Shown one piece after another: positions 1 to 13,300 of a stretch of DNA of 32,000 bases. Made by a program: the position numbers and the translations under genes. The stretch is taken from the NCBI GenBank assembly GCA_054661495.1, contig BAAFSQ010000041.1, positions 24,131 through 56,130 on the forward strand. Direction: 5' to 3'. How positions within the stretch are numbered: the stretch's first letter is position 1; each line of letters opens with the position of its first letter. Under the pieces are notes generated by a model. It was not told the DNA's origin. It saw nothing but the letters and a program-made list of their open reading frames with translations, and did not search any database. The stretch is from Zygophlyctis sp. KS116. Lineage: Eukaryota > Fungi > Chytridiomycota.

Positions 1-1167
1 ATCAAAAGACCACTTGCCACAGTTTTTGCGAACATTCTTCCAAAGTGTTGATAAACCTTTAGTAATGGTGTCAACAGCATTCTTGCATTCGGTTATACGA
101 GTGGAATTTCTTGAAATGTATGATGGGTTACATAGTGCAGCCTGAGCATTCAAACAATCTTGATACGGATTACCCAATGCATCATTGTTGCAAGTGAACT
201 TGAAATCTCCAATGTTTTGGAAAATATTTGAATTCTTTTCGCCAAAGGTGTAGCTGGTCCAGTAGAAAGACAAGCTAGGGAAGTCCCTGCAGGAGGGAAA
301 AGAACAGCAGGAGTTACAGTGGATGCACATCCACAACTTATCACTTGAGTACTAGCGATATCTCTATTTATCAAAACTTGAAATTATTACATGATCATTC
401 CACATCTTGGATTAAAAGTGCCATTCAGACGAGTATTTCTGTCAATTTTACTGACATTTAAATTTAGAAAATAATTACAGATCTCTTAAATTGATCAAAT
501 TTCCAATCGACGCAGGAATTGAACCAGAGAGTTTATTGTAGTTGAGCCATCTTTAAGTTGAATTAAGAAAATAATTACAATCTCCCCAAATCTTTCATTT
601 TTCCAATTTCTGCAGGGATTGGGCCATTGAGTTGATTCTTCTCAAGCTTACTTGAATTTTAATTTAAGCAACTACTTACAAAACTTTCAAATTTATCAGA
701 TTTCCTAATTCTGGAGGAATAGTCCCATTGAGTCTATTGGAGCCAAGAGCACTTACATTTTAAATTTAGAAAATAGTTACAAAAAGGTCAAACTTGTTAA
801 ATTTCCAATCGAAGCAGGGATAGATCCATTGAGTTGATTTTGGCTTAGATCACTTACATAATTACAGCCGTTGAAAATTTATCAAATTTCCCAGTTCTGA
901 TGGAATAGAGCCTGAAAGGCTTAAAGGTACCCAGGTTATCTGAGTAACCTTGGTTTTCGTAGAATCGCAAGTAACACCAGCCATTGGTAAAGTGCAGCAG
1001 CTGCTATCAGTTGATGATATATTCGTTGGAATAAGTTTCCCCATCAATTGCCATGATCGGACAACCCAACAGCAATCAGGAGAAGTTGAGGTGCAAGTAG
1101 AAATCTGAGACTCTACCCGTAAAATAAAGGCAGCTAAAGTCAATGCCAAGATCTTGTTGTTTAGCAT
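1..1167 (-). CDS. Secreted plant-type LRR protein (signal peptide, Cys-rich N-cap, about 6 LRRs, Cys-rich C-terminal region); runs off the left edge; probably damaged
   Basis: ATG at 1167, signal peptide MLNNKILALTLAAFILRVES, cap DCCWVVRSWQLMGK..CC..GVTC. Phase-2 introns at 853-865 (13 nt), 752-780, 651-679, 551-578, 451-478 and 364-390. The four 72-nt exons encode LxLxxNxLxGxIPxxIGNL repeats (e.g. LDLSQNQLNGSIPASIGNLTSL). An apparent 1-nt frameshift near 214-218 is followed by a Cys-rich frame (IGDFKFTCNND..CLNAQAALCNP..CKNAVD..CGKWSFD) open to position 1. Confidence 0.85.
451..852 (-). repeat. Tandem array of four 100-101 bp units (72-nt LRR exon plus 28-29 nt homologous intron)
   Basis: Exons 781-852, 680-751, 579-650 and 479-550 are each exactly 72 nt. 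The introns resemble each other (consensus about GTAAtTATTTTCTAAATTTAAAATGTAAG). Confidence 0.9.
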
Positions 1168-1335
1168 TTGTTTTATTTTTTTGAAAGAGAATAGTGGATC
1201 GGACGCCCTCTTACAGTTATATTTGGGGGTGGAAAGTCTCGTGAAGAGGCGCTCGAGATCTTTTGAATCGATGCATTAATGATTGTATCGGATCAGATGA
1301 TATTTCAAAAAATCTCATAATTATGAATTTTGTCT

Positions 1336-4300
1336 TTATTCTCTATATCGAATCACAATAACTTGTCCGAATCCTGCGATGTAAATCAATGAGTCGTTTA
1401 CAGGGAGATCCAGTGATGAGAGTGAGAGATGAGAAGGTATTGGAAAAATGCCAGTCAATGTTGGATTTTCTATCAATCTACCAGCTTCCCTTAATTTCCA
1501 TACTCGTAATAAATTATCCGCAGTTAATGTTACTAAATTTAGCCCATTGTGTGATATTTTCCAGAATCTTATTATTGAGCCTTCATGCGGTAATGAGCAG
1601 AGACGTTTTCTAGTGGGAGATAAAGCAAGTATATTTATGAAGCCGTTTTTTACATCAATCATACGTTCGCTTAAATGATCTATTGCACTCCTTGTAGTAC
1701 TTCCATCGTAAAAAAGATACTGAGTTTCCTTATCTATCCAAAAACTACTCAAGTTTTCGGCAGACTTAAAACCAACTTTAGATGACCAATACATGTTATC
1801 AACTATAATAGAATCTGATAAGAGCAGCGCACAGGATATTTTACTATTTCGTTCAAAGATTAGCATATCTTGTAGTGCGTCCCTCTTACTATCATGTAAA
1901 AATAACTCTCTTCCAGTCCAGCAGTTTAAGACAACAGCAGACTTGTCAATTCTAATACAAACTCTTTCAAAATCGGTAAATATTGGGTTTCGGGGTATAA
2001 ATGAAACTTGTGCCTTTGAATATAGCTCAGTCAGTTCCCATGTTCCATTAGCGTTTGTAAATTTCCAACATGTAAACATATCGTCCGAAATCGCACCAAG
2101 CCAATAGAGTTTTCGTGCCTTACAATACTGTATCCATATCTGACTATATACGTTTGAATCTGGGTTTTTCAAAAGAATCTTTTGCAAGTATAAAGAGTAC
2201 ACTACCAAGTTTGAATCAGAAATCCCAAAAATAATCGCTTCATTTGGATCAAAAGCACAAATATCAAATTTGAATTCCAAAGACAGAGATTGTGTTACTT
2301 CTCCCCCCTTCCACAATACAATATTCCCTTTCTCGTCCAATGACAGTGCATCATATATTGTAGAATCATCCTTTAAAATTCTGGTCGAATTACAGTATAG
2401 TAATATAATATTTGATCCATTATGAGGATTGACTGAATGCTTCTTGTTCTTTTTAGCCATAATTGATGAATTTATATCACACATCATAATTGTTGTTTCG
2501 GCCGCTAAGAAAATTCTTTCTTTGCCCCTTGAGCTTGCAGTACATATTGAACTCAATTTTTGGCCCATTGAAGCGGTTGGAATCTTGTCGATAAGTCTTC
2601 CGCTATGAATATGAAATACATATATTTCTCCATTTAGAGACGTGCAGTAAAGCATGGATTCATCAATGGAGAATGAAATATCCTCAAAATGCAGGCCATC
2701 TGTTTTGATCAAGGAAATCCGCGAATGATTGTCGATTTTCCAAATCATAATATTCAAATCAGCCAAACTAGCAGCAAACATATCCTTGCTGACGGAAAAA
2801 CAGGCTGTGGAATTTTCTTTCAGATCATTGCATTTAAAACGACAAATTTCGGACATTGTGAAAGCGCCGAGGATAATCGCACCACCAAAACTCTCGGAAA
2901 GAATCGCAACTTTGATACCATCATTTGATTTAGCCAAAATCCGATCGCATCTATGAAGCCTTTGAAATGTTTTTGATGAGCCTATTGACTTGTTTTCCTT
3001 TTCAGTGAATCCAGAAAAGGAGACAAACTCTAGAGCCTTATTGTCGAGGTTATTTCTCCAAAGTCCGGATTTATCATTTGAAAAAAATATATCGGATACG
3101 AATCCTGAACCCGGGATTCTTACAATAAGCTTTTTGGATAAGAGAGAAAAGATTGTTATTTCACCCGATGCACTGGAGTACGCAATCTTGTCAGAAGGAG
3201 GCAAATTAAATGCGCAATGTGCTATTTCACCTACAGGAAATTGAGACCCCAGGATCACATCAATTTTATGGTATGAATCAATATCCCACGCATTCACAGA
3301 TCCATCATCTGAAACGGATATACAGCATTTACCCAAGGCTCTTAATGGCAACGCTGTTACAAAGATGATTCTGGAAGAATGATTTCCCATAGTTAGCCTA
3401 TCAGGAGTATCGGATTGCAAAGATGTAGTAATGATTGAAGAGGTAATGATGTCTGTATGCCTTTGAAACTCCATTGCATATTCTTTAACTAAAGAACATG
3501 AACTATCCGGCAAACTGATTGCTAGACAAAACGATAGATCAGGAAAACGGCGAAAAATATCATAGTTTCTTTCGACAAATAAAGAAAAATGATTGAGTCG
3601 GTTTCGAGATATTTCATCAGCTTGTATGGCAGCGATCTTTCTTGATTGTGAAAAGAAAAACTTGAGATAGCTTCCAGAACCATTTTTAAACATCAACTGA
3701 ATAAACGACAAAGAGCATAAGACTTGAGTAAGTGTGCTAGCTTTGACTTCAGTATCTAGAAAATGAAATAATATGTCTTGAGCGCGATTTAAGTCCGATC
3801 CATTCCACACATCTAGTTTACTTGGATCACATTGACCCCAAAAAAAGTTTGCTATTCGTTCATTGAACCGTTTAGCTAAATGATCTTCCATCAAGTAGCG
3901 GTTTTTGATGTACTCAGCAAGCACGTTACTGAACAATACGAGCCTTCCAGATGGCTTGCGAATCAGCAAATATTCAATTTTGTGATATATAAAGATCCAT
4001 TCCATCTGATCAATCTTGAGTATATTCACGATTTCGCTTTCTAGAGTACCATTTTTTGAAAAATAAATAAGAAGAAATATTTCGCTCAAAATTTTGTTAA
4101 AGCGGCAAGATATACCACTTATGCAGTAATCTAAAAGTCCAAAAGTTGTGTCTGGTAGAGAATCAACAATTTCAGCAATATCAGACGAGCTCTTTGCTGC
4201 CAATATAGCTGCAGATAGTTTTAAAAACAATATTTGATCCCCCTGCTTATTTGAAACAATTCTGGAAAGTTGGGTTTCCTCAGCTTGCGGAACCTTTGTT

Positions 4301-7300
4301 GACAAAAATTCCATACTTTCCTGTCTATTTAAACTTTGAATGGGCATAAATATGGAGTTTTCAAATCGTGCTTCCATATCCCGATAAAATGCTTCTTTGG
4401 AACTAGATGAGACAACAAAGCATATATTTTTCCAAGTTTCACTATTGAGATCTCTGACCTGTGGGATCCATGAGTAAATGGGTCCTTCAATACATTGTAA
4501 TTTGTGAATATCATCGATAATTATCAGTATCCTAAAGCCCAAAAATGAAACTTTTTCTAAAAGATGTAAATAGTCATCCCAATAATTATTTCCCATTTTT
4601 CCAAAATGTATTTGCCGATCTTGCAGGTTCTGTAATAGTTGATAACAAAAAGTTTGCGCAATCCCCGAAACATCATTAGAATCATATGAAGCATCCATTA
4701 AATTATTCAACACAATGTACTTTCCAGAATATTTTTGAATAAGAGTTTTCAAAATTGTCGTTTTGCCTTTCCCAATCTCTTCGCTAAACAAACAAAATAT
4801 CTTTGATGGATTGGGATGGTGATGGTATTCTTGGGAGTCCAAAAAGTCATCGATTTGTTCCAGAATTTTTTTAGAAGATGGCAAACAAACGATAGAGGAA
4901 TCTTCGACCATTTTACATTTTGAATTCAATTGCATCCACTGTCTTAATTCATTCATAAGTTTAGTCCCAAATGCATCCATTTTGTTTAGGATCACTTTAT
5001 TATCTTCAATATGGGAAAAACTGCATGTATATTGAATATTCTTGAAAGACAAAGCCCGGACTTCATTTTTGAGAACTAAAAGATTTCTATCTTCGATTTC
5101 ATCAGTATTTTCAAAAACCCATTGATAAGCCTTTGGCACTGAACGAAGAAATGAATTATCACGTATAAACACTAGTGGCTGCACATTCATATTTTCCAAG
5201 GTTTGAATTAATCTTCTCCATAGTAACAGACTATTCTTATCGTTTTTCTCCAACACGCCGCCAAAAATTAATATATGTAAATTAGAGCGCCGAATAAGAT
5301 TGTCCAGAGTGGAGTGAATATCTTCGTCATCCAAGGCTGTAAGTTTTTCAAATGAGATTTCATATAACTGAGCACTTATACCCCGCTCTTCTAATTCCGT
5401 CCTTAATTTAGGGAACTCCAACATAATCCAATTTTTCTCATTATAAGTGTCAATCGTAGAAAACACTGTTATAGTGAAAAATGTAGATATTCCTTGCGAA
5501 GAATTATTCTGCTTTTGAGCAGTAACGTTTTGTGAAATACCCAAGATATTTTTGGGGGATAATCTTAATCCCATCTCGACTGCAGAATCAATTGAGGCTG
5601 CTGGTACTTCAATTCGAGACATAGAATCATCAGTGATAGAATTGCCAAAAACAATTTCTCGGATATTCTGGTAAGTGTCCGAAGTGGAAAATCGAACATT
5701 CTCTCCATTCACTGATGTTTTAAGATTTGTAGGCTTGAAATAAATGAACACAGATGGTATATTTAGAGATGGAATCAGACCATTTCCAAGTACCATATTC
5801 CTTATCTCTAGAATAGTTTTATTCCTATCAAATGATTGTGTATAAAAGCATTGAATCGAATCTGCCGAAATCTTATGCTGTAGTACATTATCAATTTGCG
5901 AACAGTGCAAAAGCGTTTTAAAATCGAATAGTCCCGCATCAAAGGACTTACAAAGGCGAGAATCGGTGCATAAGAATAACTCTAAAGATTGTAGATTTTT
6001 CGAATCAGTGAAGTAGTGATCAGCCCTTAATGGATGCAGCATTCCTAGTATTTCTTGCCGTTTTGTTTTATTTTGAAGTGTTAATAACCCAAGCCAATAT
6101 TCGCATGACACTTTATTCATTAATATAGACCAAAAGTAATCAGATAAAATGATTTCGTCTTCTTTTAAATGCCGAGCGTCTACATATTGCAATTCTTTAA
6201 TGAGTGTTAAATATGTAGAGAAGGGTATTTTATAATCTGATCTACAGCTAGCGGCCCAATTTTCCTGCGGGATAGCTGATGACCGTAGATGAAGTTTTAG
6301 TGTATTTTTCCAGAGATCCAAATATGTGGTCTTTGTAATTCTGTCAGCCGAAATGTTTAAATTTTGCAAGGTGTTAATAAATTTTTTCCAGTTACTTTCG
6401 AATACAGCATCTATTTCTTCTTCAATCAAGGAGTTGCTTATTTGACGAGTATAAATTCCGGAAATGATCATTTTTTTAATGTGTGGGAACGTGAGCTTCT
6501 TTTTACTACACTCTACGTATAATCGATGAACCAAAGATAAATCAAATTCATCATAGCTTATATTCCCTTCAGAAATTTTGAGCATAGAAGACAAAATATC
6601 AAAATGGGATTTTAAAATGACCCCAAAAAATAAAGCATTTCCTTCCTTCGCCTCTGGTGAGTTAGATAACTGCTCAAGATGCTTTTCGTAATTGTCACTA
6701 GTATTTAGAGTATAATAAATTACGTTTCCATATCCTCAAGAAAATCATTTGAGCATATAATATTAGCAAATATGTCATTTGAAAGTAGATACTGCATTTG
6801 ATATGGGCATATAAACCAAATTTTACATTGACCGCTGATATTTCGAAACCTTCGTACTAGAGTGGGAATTATATTAATCCATTGGCTATCTACCAAGACA
6901 TATACCCAATCACCACTCACTATAGCAGATTCAATTTTTTCAATCCATTTCCCTAAAGAATTATTTAATTTAATTACCATGCTTGTCTTCATCAGTTAAG
7001 CTGATCAGCATAACGTGATCTTCCTCTTTCATTTTAAAAACAGCATTTAAAAATGAAATAATCCCCATCGGCCTAAAAGTAACTATTAATATAATGCTTT
7101 GAGAACGATCTGATAAAAACTGCATCCAGCTTTCAACAGTACCCCGCTTTACCAAAGAATTTGATATTAAATCAGATACATGATTAAAAGACTTTTGATC
7201 ACACTTTCCCATCGAAAAAAATTGAAATAATGCTTTTTCAAAATTAGTAAATTTACGATTGAGCTTTTCAATCGCAGTAGCATATTTTTTAGGATTTTCC

Positions 7301-10300
7301 AAATATAATTTCAGTGCAAGAATAAGAGGGAACTCCTGATGCTTATTAGGTAGGCATTTTAAAATCTGAGATTTAAAAATTAAGAGAGCTCACCTGAGCG
7401 TATTCTTCTTTAGGCGTATTGGTTCGACGCCTTAGGACTGTTAATAGAGCACCTTCGTAATCTGTTGTTATAAAACCATCAAACAAAAGTTTTCGTATCC
7501 CAATCACCAGCGAAATATATTGAAAATCAAAAGAAGTAAACCTATTAACCAGTTCCTTTAAAATAATAGCGAGGGATTCAAGGAGAATATTATCGATATT
7601 TTGATCTATTGTAGTCAGTGATTTTTGTAAAGATTCATCAAAAATCTTTAGTAAATACCCAATTTGTATCTGATTTAGTTTTTTTAGGTCCTTCATATCA
7701 CTTATATCCCTAAAAACAGATGCAAAGAATTTTGTTAATTTAATGAAAGAATCATGCATATATTTGCTTTCCACCTCCAGATTTACAAGAGTCGACAGTT
7801 GACTATCTTTCTGAAATGTCCTTCTGTTTAAACGAATAATTTCATGACGCAATTCATCCTTTATATTTTGAGTTAAAGACAGATTTAAAAGATGGTCCAT
7901 AATTTTTTCAAATAGTTTTCCTCTTTTCTCGACTGATAAATTGAGCAATATTGCTGGTAAATTTAATCATTAAAATAATTACTTTGTTCTTTTTTCAGCT
8001 TATAGTAATTTCCTCCTTTAGTAAAAAATAAATAGTCGAAAATAACAGCTTCTAAAAGATCATTATCATTTGAAAAATTAAAAATTGTTAATGGAACATT
8101 TGAAATTTTAGAAATATGACAATGATTTGTAATCAAAATCAATCCAACTTTTCCATCATCTATACTTTGAAAAGATGAATGGTTGAGCGTCTCTAACATC
8201 ATACTTTCGTCACAAATTTGAATCACCTGTATTTCCTGATTTAATAAGTTCAGTAAGTTAGTATGGGGCATAGAATAGCCAGCGCATTTCATTAAATGGA
8301 TAAAAATGTTATCAGGATCTATAAATATCTGTTTTTGATTATGTAATAGAATCTGATCAAAGTGATAAACTTTCACAAGCTCTAGACTTTGTGATATTTG
8401 GCTAGAGTTTTCTTTGATGTCAAATTGATCAGAAAAACTATTTGACATGGGATATATAGCTTTGACTTTATCACATATTAAAGAAACTAGAGAAGTCCTA
8501 TCAGAATGTTGGAAACATTTGAGAGCGGTCTTGAATAAAGATTGCATAAATATATCACCAATGAAGCAGCTGCTCTGACACCTGAGCTCCTCTATTCTAT
8601 GAAGAACCGAATCCTTAAGAGCCCAGAGAGACTTAAATGCAATCACATCAAATTGAACCTTCTTTCCCATAAGTATCCCATACTCATAGGATGATATCAG
8701 CTTCACCAAATTCGCCAAACTTAAAATCAGGGAGTTCTTGGAGTAATCCGCAGTGGAAGGCTTACACTTTTTAATAGAGTAAATTTCCGCATTCTCGACC
8801 AATTGTAAACGCAAATCTATTTCCAGTACCTCAGATAAACGACCATGACGAGTTTGTTTTCTCATCTTATCCACAAGCGGATTTATACACCCCTTCCTAT
8901 GAGCTTTTTCAACGAGTATTTCATGTACGTGTTTCAGGCATAGTAATTCTTTTGAGGTAGTAGTACAAGTGATAGACATAATCCGAAGCCTTAAAGATGC
9001 ATTTTTACCCATTAATCGCTTGGCAGTATCTTGGCGATGTCCGGCAGCTAAAGCTTCCCGTTCTTGAAATTCTGAAAGAAATCTTTCAATTTGTAGGAAA
9101 ATATAATTAGAAAGTTCAAAGTTGACAAGTTCTTCCAGTGAAGGATTATCGTGCCGCTCCAAGCGAATGTATTCTGGAATTTTTCTTAAAAAAATATTAT
9201 GACGTTTGTACACTCTAAACGATTAAAAATAAAATAATACTGAAGCCCTTCATATTCCATCAATTCTTTCAGATATGCAGCTTTGATCGGCGTGAAATCT
9301 AAATGAGAAGCTACAACCATTTGTTGATAAAATCCTCTCCAGTCAAAATTTCTATCTTTTGGGAGAAAAACAAGCCCCCAACCTTTTCTGTACGCCATAT
9401 ATTTCCAAAAAAGTTGATTATTTATCATATTATTCCATTTTTTACAAGTTTGCATCGCCCTTACAAGTACTTTATAATCAAGATAACATAGAACTCTCAT
9501 AGTTAGTTCATAAGGTAAGCATCCCAAGATATCAACATATAAGCAAAGATATTCATTTTCAACCTGCCTCACAAATTGGTCAAGATCATATCCTAACTCC
9601 TGCTTAATAATTCCAGATGCTCGTTCATCTCCAAATTCAATTTTTGATATTTCTTCGCACATTTTTTTCGGATCAGATAAAATAAATGCCAAAGGATTTT
9701 CTGCATGAGTTGTAGATCCAATAATCATTGAAGAAACTTTTAAAATTTTCATGATGTTTGGTCCATGGAACTTAGCTGATAGTTCATCTTGAATCTTTTC
9801 GACACTTATAGATGGAATCTGTTTTTTTAAATACTTTTGTTAGTTTTTTAAATTACCTTGAAAGTATCTATAATATACTCAAACGACCAAAATTCCGGAA
9901 AACTGTCAAAGTTTGATATCCATGCAGTATCATATAATGATTTTTTTTGTCTTGAATTCTTATATGCTTCATCTTTTTGAGTACGAATTTGTGATGAAAG
10001 TCTGGAAATTTCTCTTATTATGATGATGGCATCCTTGATAAGATACGCAGCTCTACAGCCTTGATACGGAGCCAGTGCAGACGCTGCAACCATTCTGTTA
10101 TCTACATAAAGTTACGGTCTGTATTATTACCATAAAACGCAGAGCGTTGGAACAAATTGGGATAGTTTTCATCTTTCAGGCTGGATCCGAAGTCAACATT
10201 TTTAATTTTTTTCCAATCTGTATTGACAATCTTTAAATTAAAGATTAAATCCTACCACATCATAAATATTTGGAACAGCCATAGTCTGGTTAATTCTGAA

Positions 10301-13300
10301 TAGAATGTGTAGGATGGACTTTGCCTCGTTATTGATGGGATTATCTTCTGAGATTCTAAGCAAAGTCTGCAAATCATCCATTTTAAGCGTCATGAATAAT
10401 AACCTTACATTCTCTAACAAGTTATCAACTTTTTTTTCCTTTTCAAATAATTTCTTCTTCACATCTTCAAAATGAGAAATGCTTTTCTGATATTCCAAGT
10501 AAGAATCATTCATTTGAACATCTTCGAAAGAAAAATCTTCAGACCCGATATAAAAAGCTCGCTGAAACCACTGCCGATAATACAGTTCATCTTGCTGATT
10601 ATCAATCTGGTTGAATATGCTATCTTCTTTAAGAGCTTCATCAATTATCCTTAATTTACCAACTTTAAATTTCTTCTGGTTGACAAAGGATAATATTTTA
10701 ATTTCCAATTCCCTACTTTTCTTCTGTAAAATATCTAGTTGGATTTTTTCTTCTGTTTTTTTAGTTTTAGCCATACAAATCCGTCGAATTTTTGCGGTAA
10801 TTTGAGCATTCGAGCTCATATGCAGCTTCAGCCATCGATATTGAACTGCAGAACTTATCCATTGGCTAAGACCCTTCGCTGCTACACTTAAATTCACCAT
10901 ACGATCAGTACAAAAGTTGGGCTGCTCCGTGTATTTCTGCAAACGTTCAACTTTACTTTTTGTAAGAATACTTTCATCAAAATTAGCAATCTTTTGAATG
11001 AAAGTGTTATTAATTATAATTTTTTTAGCTTCATGCCATGTTGGATTTTTATCGAAGATTATACAAATAGCATCGGCTATCTGCCCAATCATAGGAGGAG
11101 GAATATTGTAGCTTTTTAGCTCGTCCATATCGCACTTCCTAATCGTATGCAAGAATTGAGCACTCGCCTCAAACTGCTCCTTAGCGGTATTGATAGCAGC
11201 TTTAAGAGCAGTTTCTTCCTTTTCATATACACTATCGAAGAATTCTTGTTCTCGATCGGACAAATAAGTCGCTATTCTTTCCCTTTCTATATTTATAGAG
11301 TTAAGCTGAATTTTCATATTCCTAATTTCGTTCATAATGTGATCGATTTGTTTGGGCAATACTTCAGACTCAGACCTCCATTCATTGCGCATCTTTTCAA
11401 ATTCGAAAAGCTCATTATTTATCATTTCCAGATTTGATTCTAAATGCATAATTTGATTAGTGACTGCATAATGAGTTTGCTTGAGATCTTTAGAAAGGAT
11501 AAACAGAAAATCTTCAAATAAATGCCGTGAAAGCAGCTCTTTTGGTAACCTTTTTTTATCACGAAATGATATTGCAGAGCAAAAGACTGTGGCACAAAGC
11601 TTTGAAAGAGCATTTGAATCAATCCAGTCATAATTCATCTTTTCTTGAAAATACGATAATCCAGCTTTAAAAAGGTCATTTTCATCATATTCCTTAACTT
11701 GATAGATATAAAAATATATAGGGATACGATTAAAAAAGGCTAAAATTTAGATAAATAGGTTGATTACATATTTGGCTGATGGAATCGCAATTTCTTTTGT
11801 CCAGCGCTATTACAATATTTAAGTTTTTCGAAATGCGATCCTTGTAATGAATGATTAAATCCTGATCAGGAATTAACGCCAGTTCAGGTTGTTCTTTTTT
11901 CATCTCGCTTTTCATTTTCCCCAATAATTCTTCTAGCTCATTATCAGTCCATAATTCCTGAAATCGGATCCCATTTACAAAGGTCTGTAGAATTCCCCAA
12001 AATTGTAATGTAGTCTTATCGAATTGACAAATGAGTATATGAGCCAAGAGTTCTTGGTTGTAAATTACAGCGTCGATAATCAGTCGTTTCAAAAATGCAT
12101 TCCATTTGGCAATATCAAATGATTCTGCGCTTAATAAAAATTTGCGGATTTTCATGCCTAGATCAGCTGCTGCAATCTGAGTTACTTCGTTAGAAATATC
12201 CAGATTTGGATATCCATAAATCATTGCAAAACCATTTCTAGAAAGTAATGTTCTTTTAAGTCTTAAAATCTGATCCTTTATGTCCAGAAAGTGCCAGATA
12301 TTAGATTTAATGTTTTGGGATGCTCTTGATAATAGGCCTCTACTTTCAAGATACTGAAGATGCGATTTCGACTTTGGATATTCTGTTTGAAGAAATCGGG
12401 AACAAATACCATTCATGATAGTGTCAAAAGATAAATGATCATTTTCACTTATGCGGTCTCTAAATATTCTTTCTGATTCGAATATCCAAATATTTATCAA
12501 GTCCGAATTAGATGTAGACGATACATTCAGAACCTGTAATCGCTTGACAAGTATTCGTAGTAAGTTAGGACTAAATAGCTTTAATGGACAAGAAGATGAA
12601 GCAGCTATCTGTAAAATATACTTTTGACACAATTCTTTGGATGCTTCCATTAGGTTTCTTAGGATTTGATTGGTTCCAGGATGTTTCAGAATTAAGTCGG
12701 TTTGAGCAGAACTAAGCATTTCCTGGAAATTTCTATCGTCTGCATTTAAGAATATCGGAGTACAGAAATGGAGGAGCCTAGAAAGAACCGGTATGTCGCA
12801 ACTTTTAAATGTGTCAGCTCCTAAAAATAGTGAAAAGTTAGAGACTTCCCGAAAACTTACAGATGAGCTCCAATAGCCCTGCCTGTCGACCAAACTATAG
12901 AGAAATTCCCCAAGCATACTTTCGGTACTATTAAAGGAAAATTGTATATCATCAACGAAAACAATGAGTTTTTTTTCAAATGAAGGAATATATCGGCCAT
13001 TCTTTTCATTTAGTACCAACACTTTGTTCAAAAACCTCTGAATATATTGACCTGAGGATGCTGGAGAATCTGCAGTCGACACATTAATAAAAGAATCACC
13101 AAGACTATCAAGGGATTTGAGAGTAATATGACTTTTCCCCGTGCCTATTGGACCAACCAAAACTATATTCCGATTATTTTGCAAAAATGATGTTGAATGA
13201 AACAGAACTTTGGCTTCAATTGAATTGTTCAAAATATTTGCTTGCCAGCGGTTCGTTTCGAATGTGTAATCAACTTCGAATAAGTCCAGAGAATTTTGAG

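Noticed and set aside
451-865. CRISPR-like periodic array (about 29-nt repeats with 72-nt spacers)
   Set aside because: The repeats are introns and the spacers are homologous LRR exons; eukaryotic context and no cas genes.
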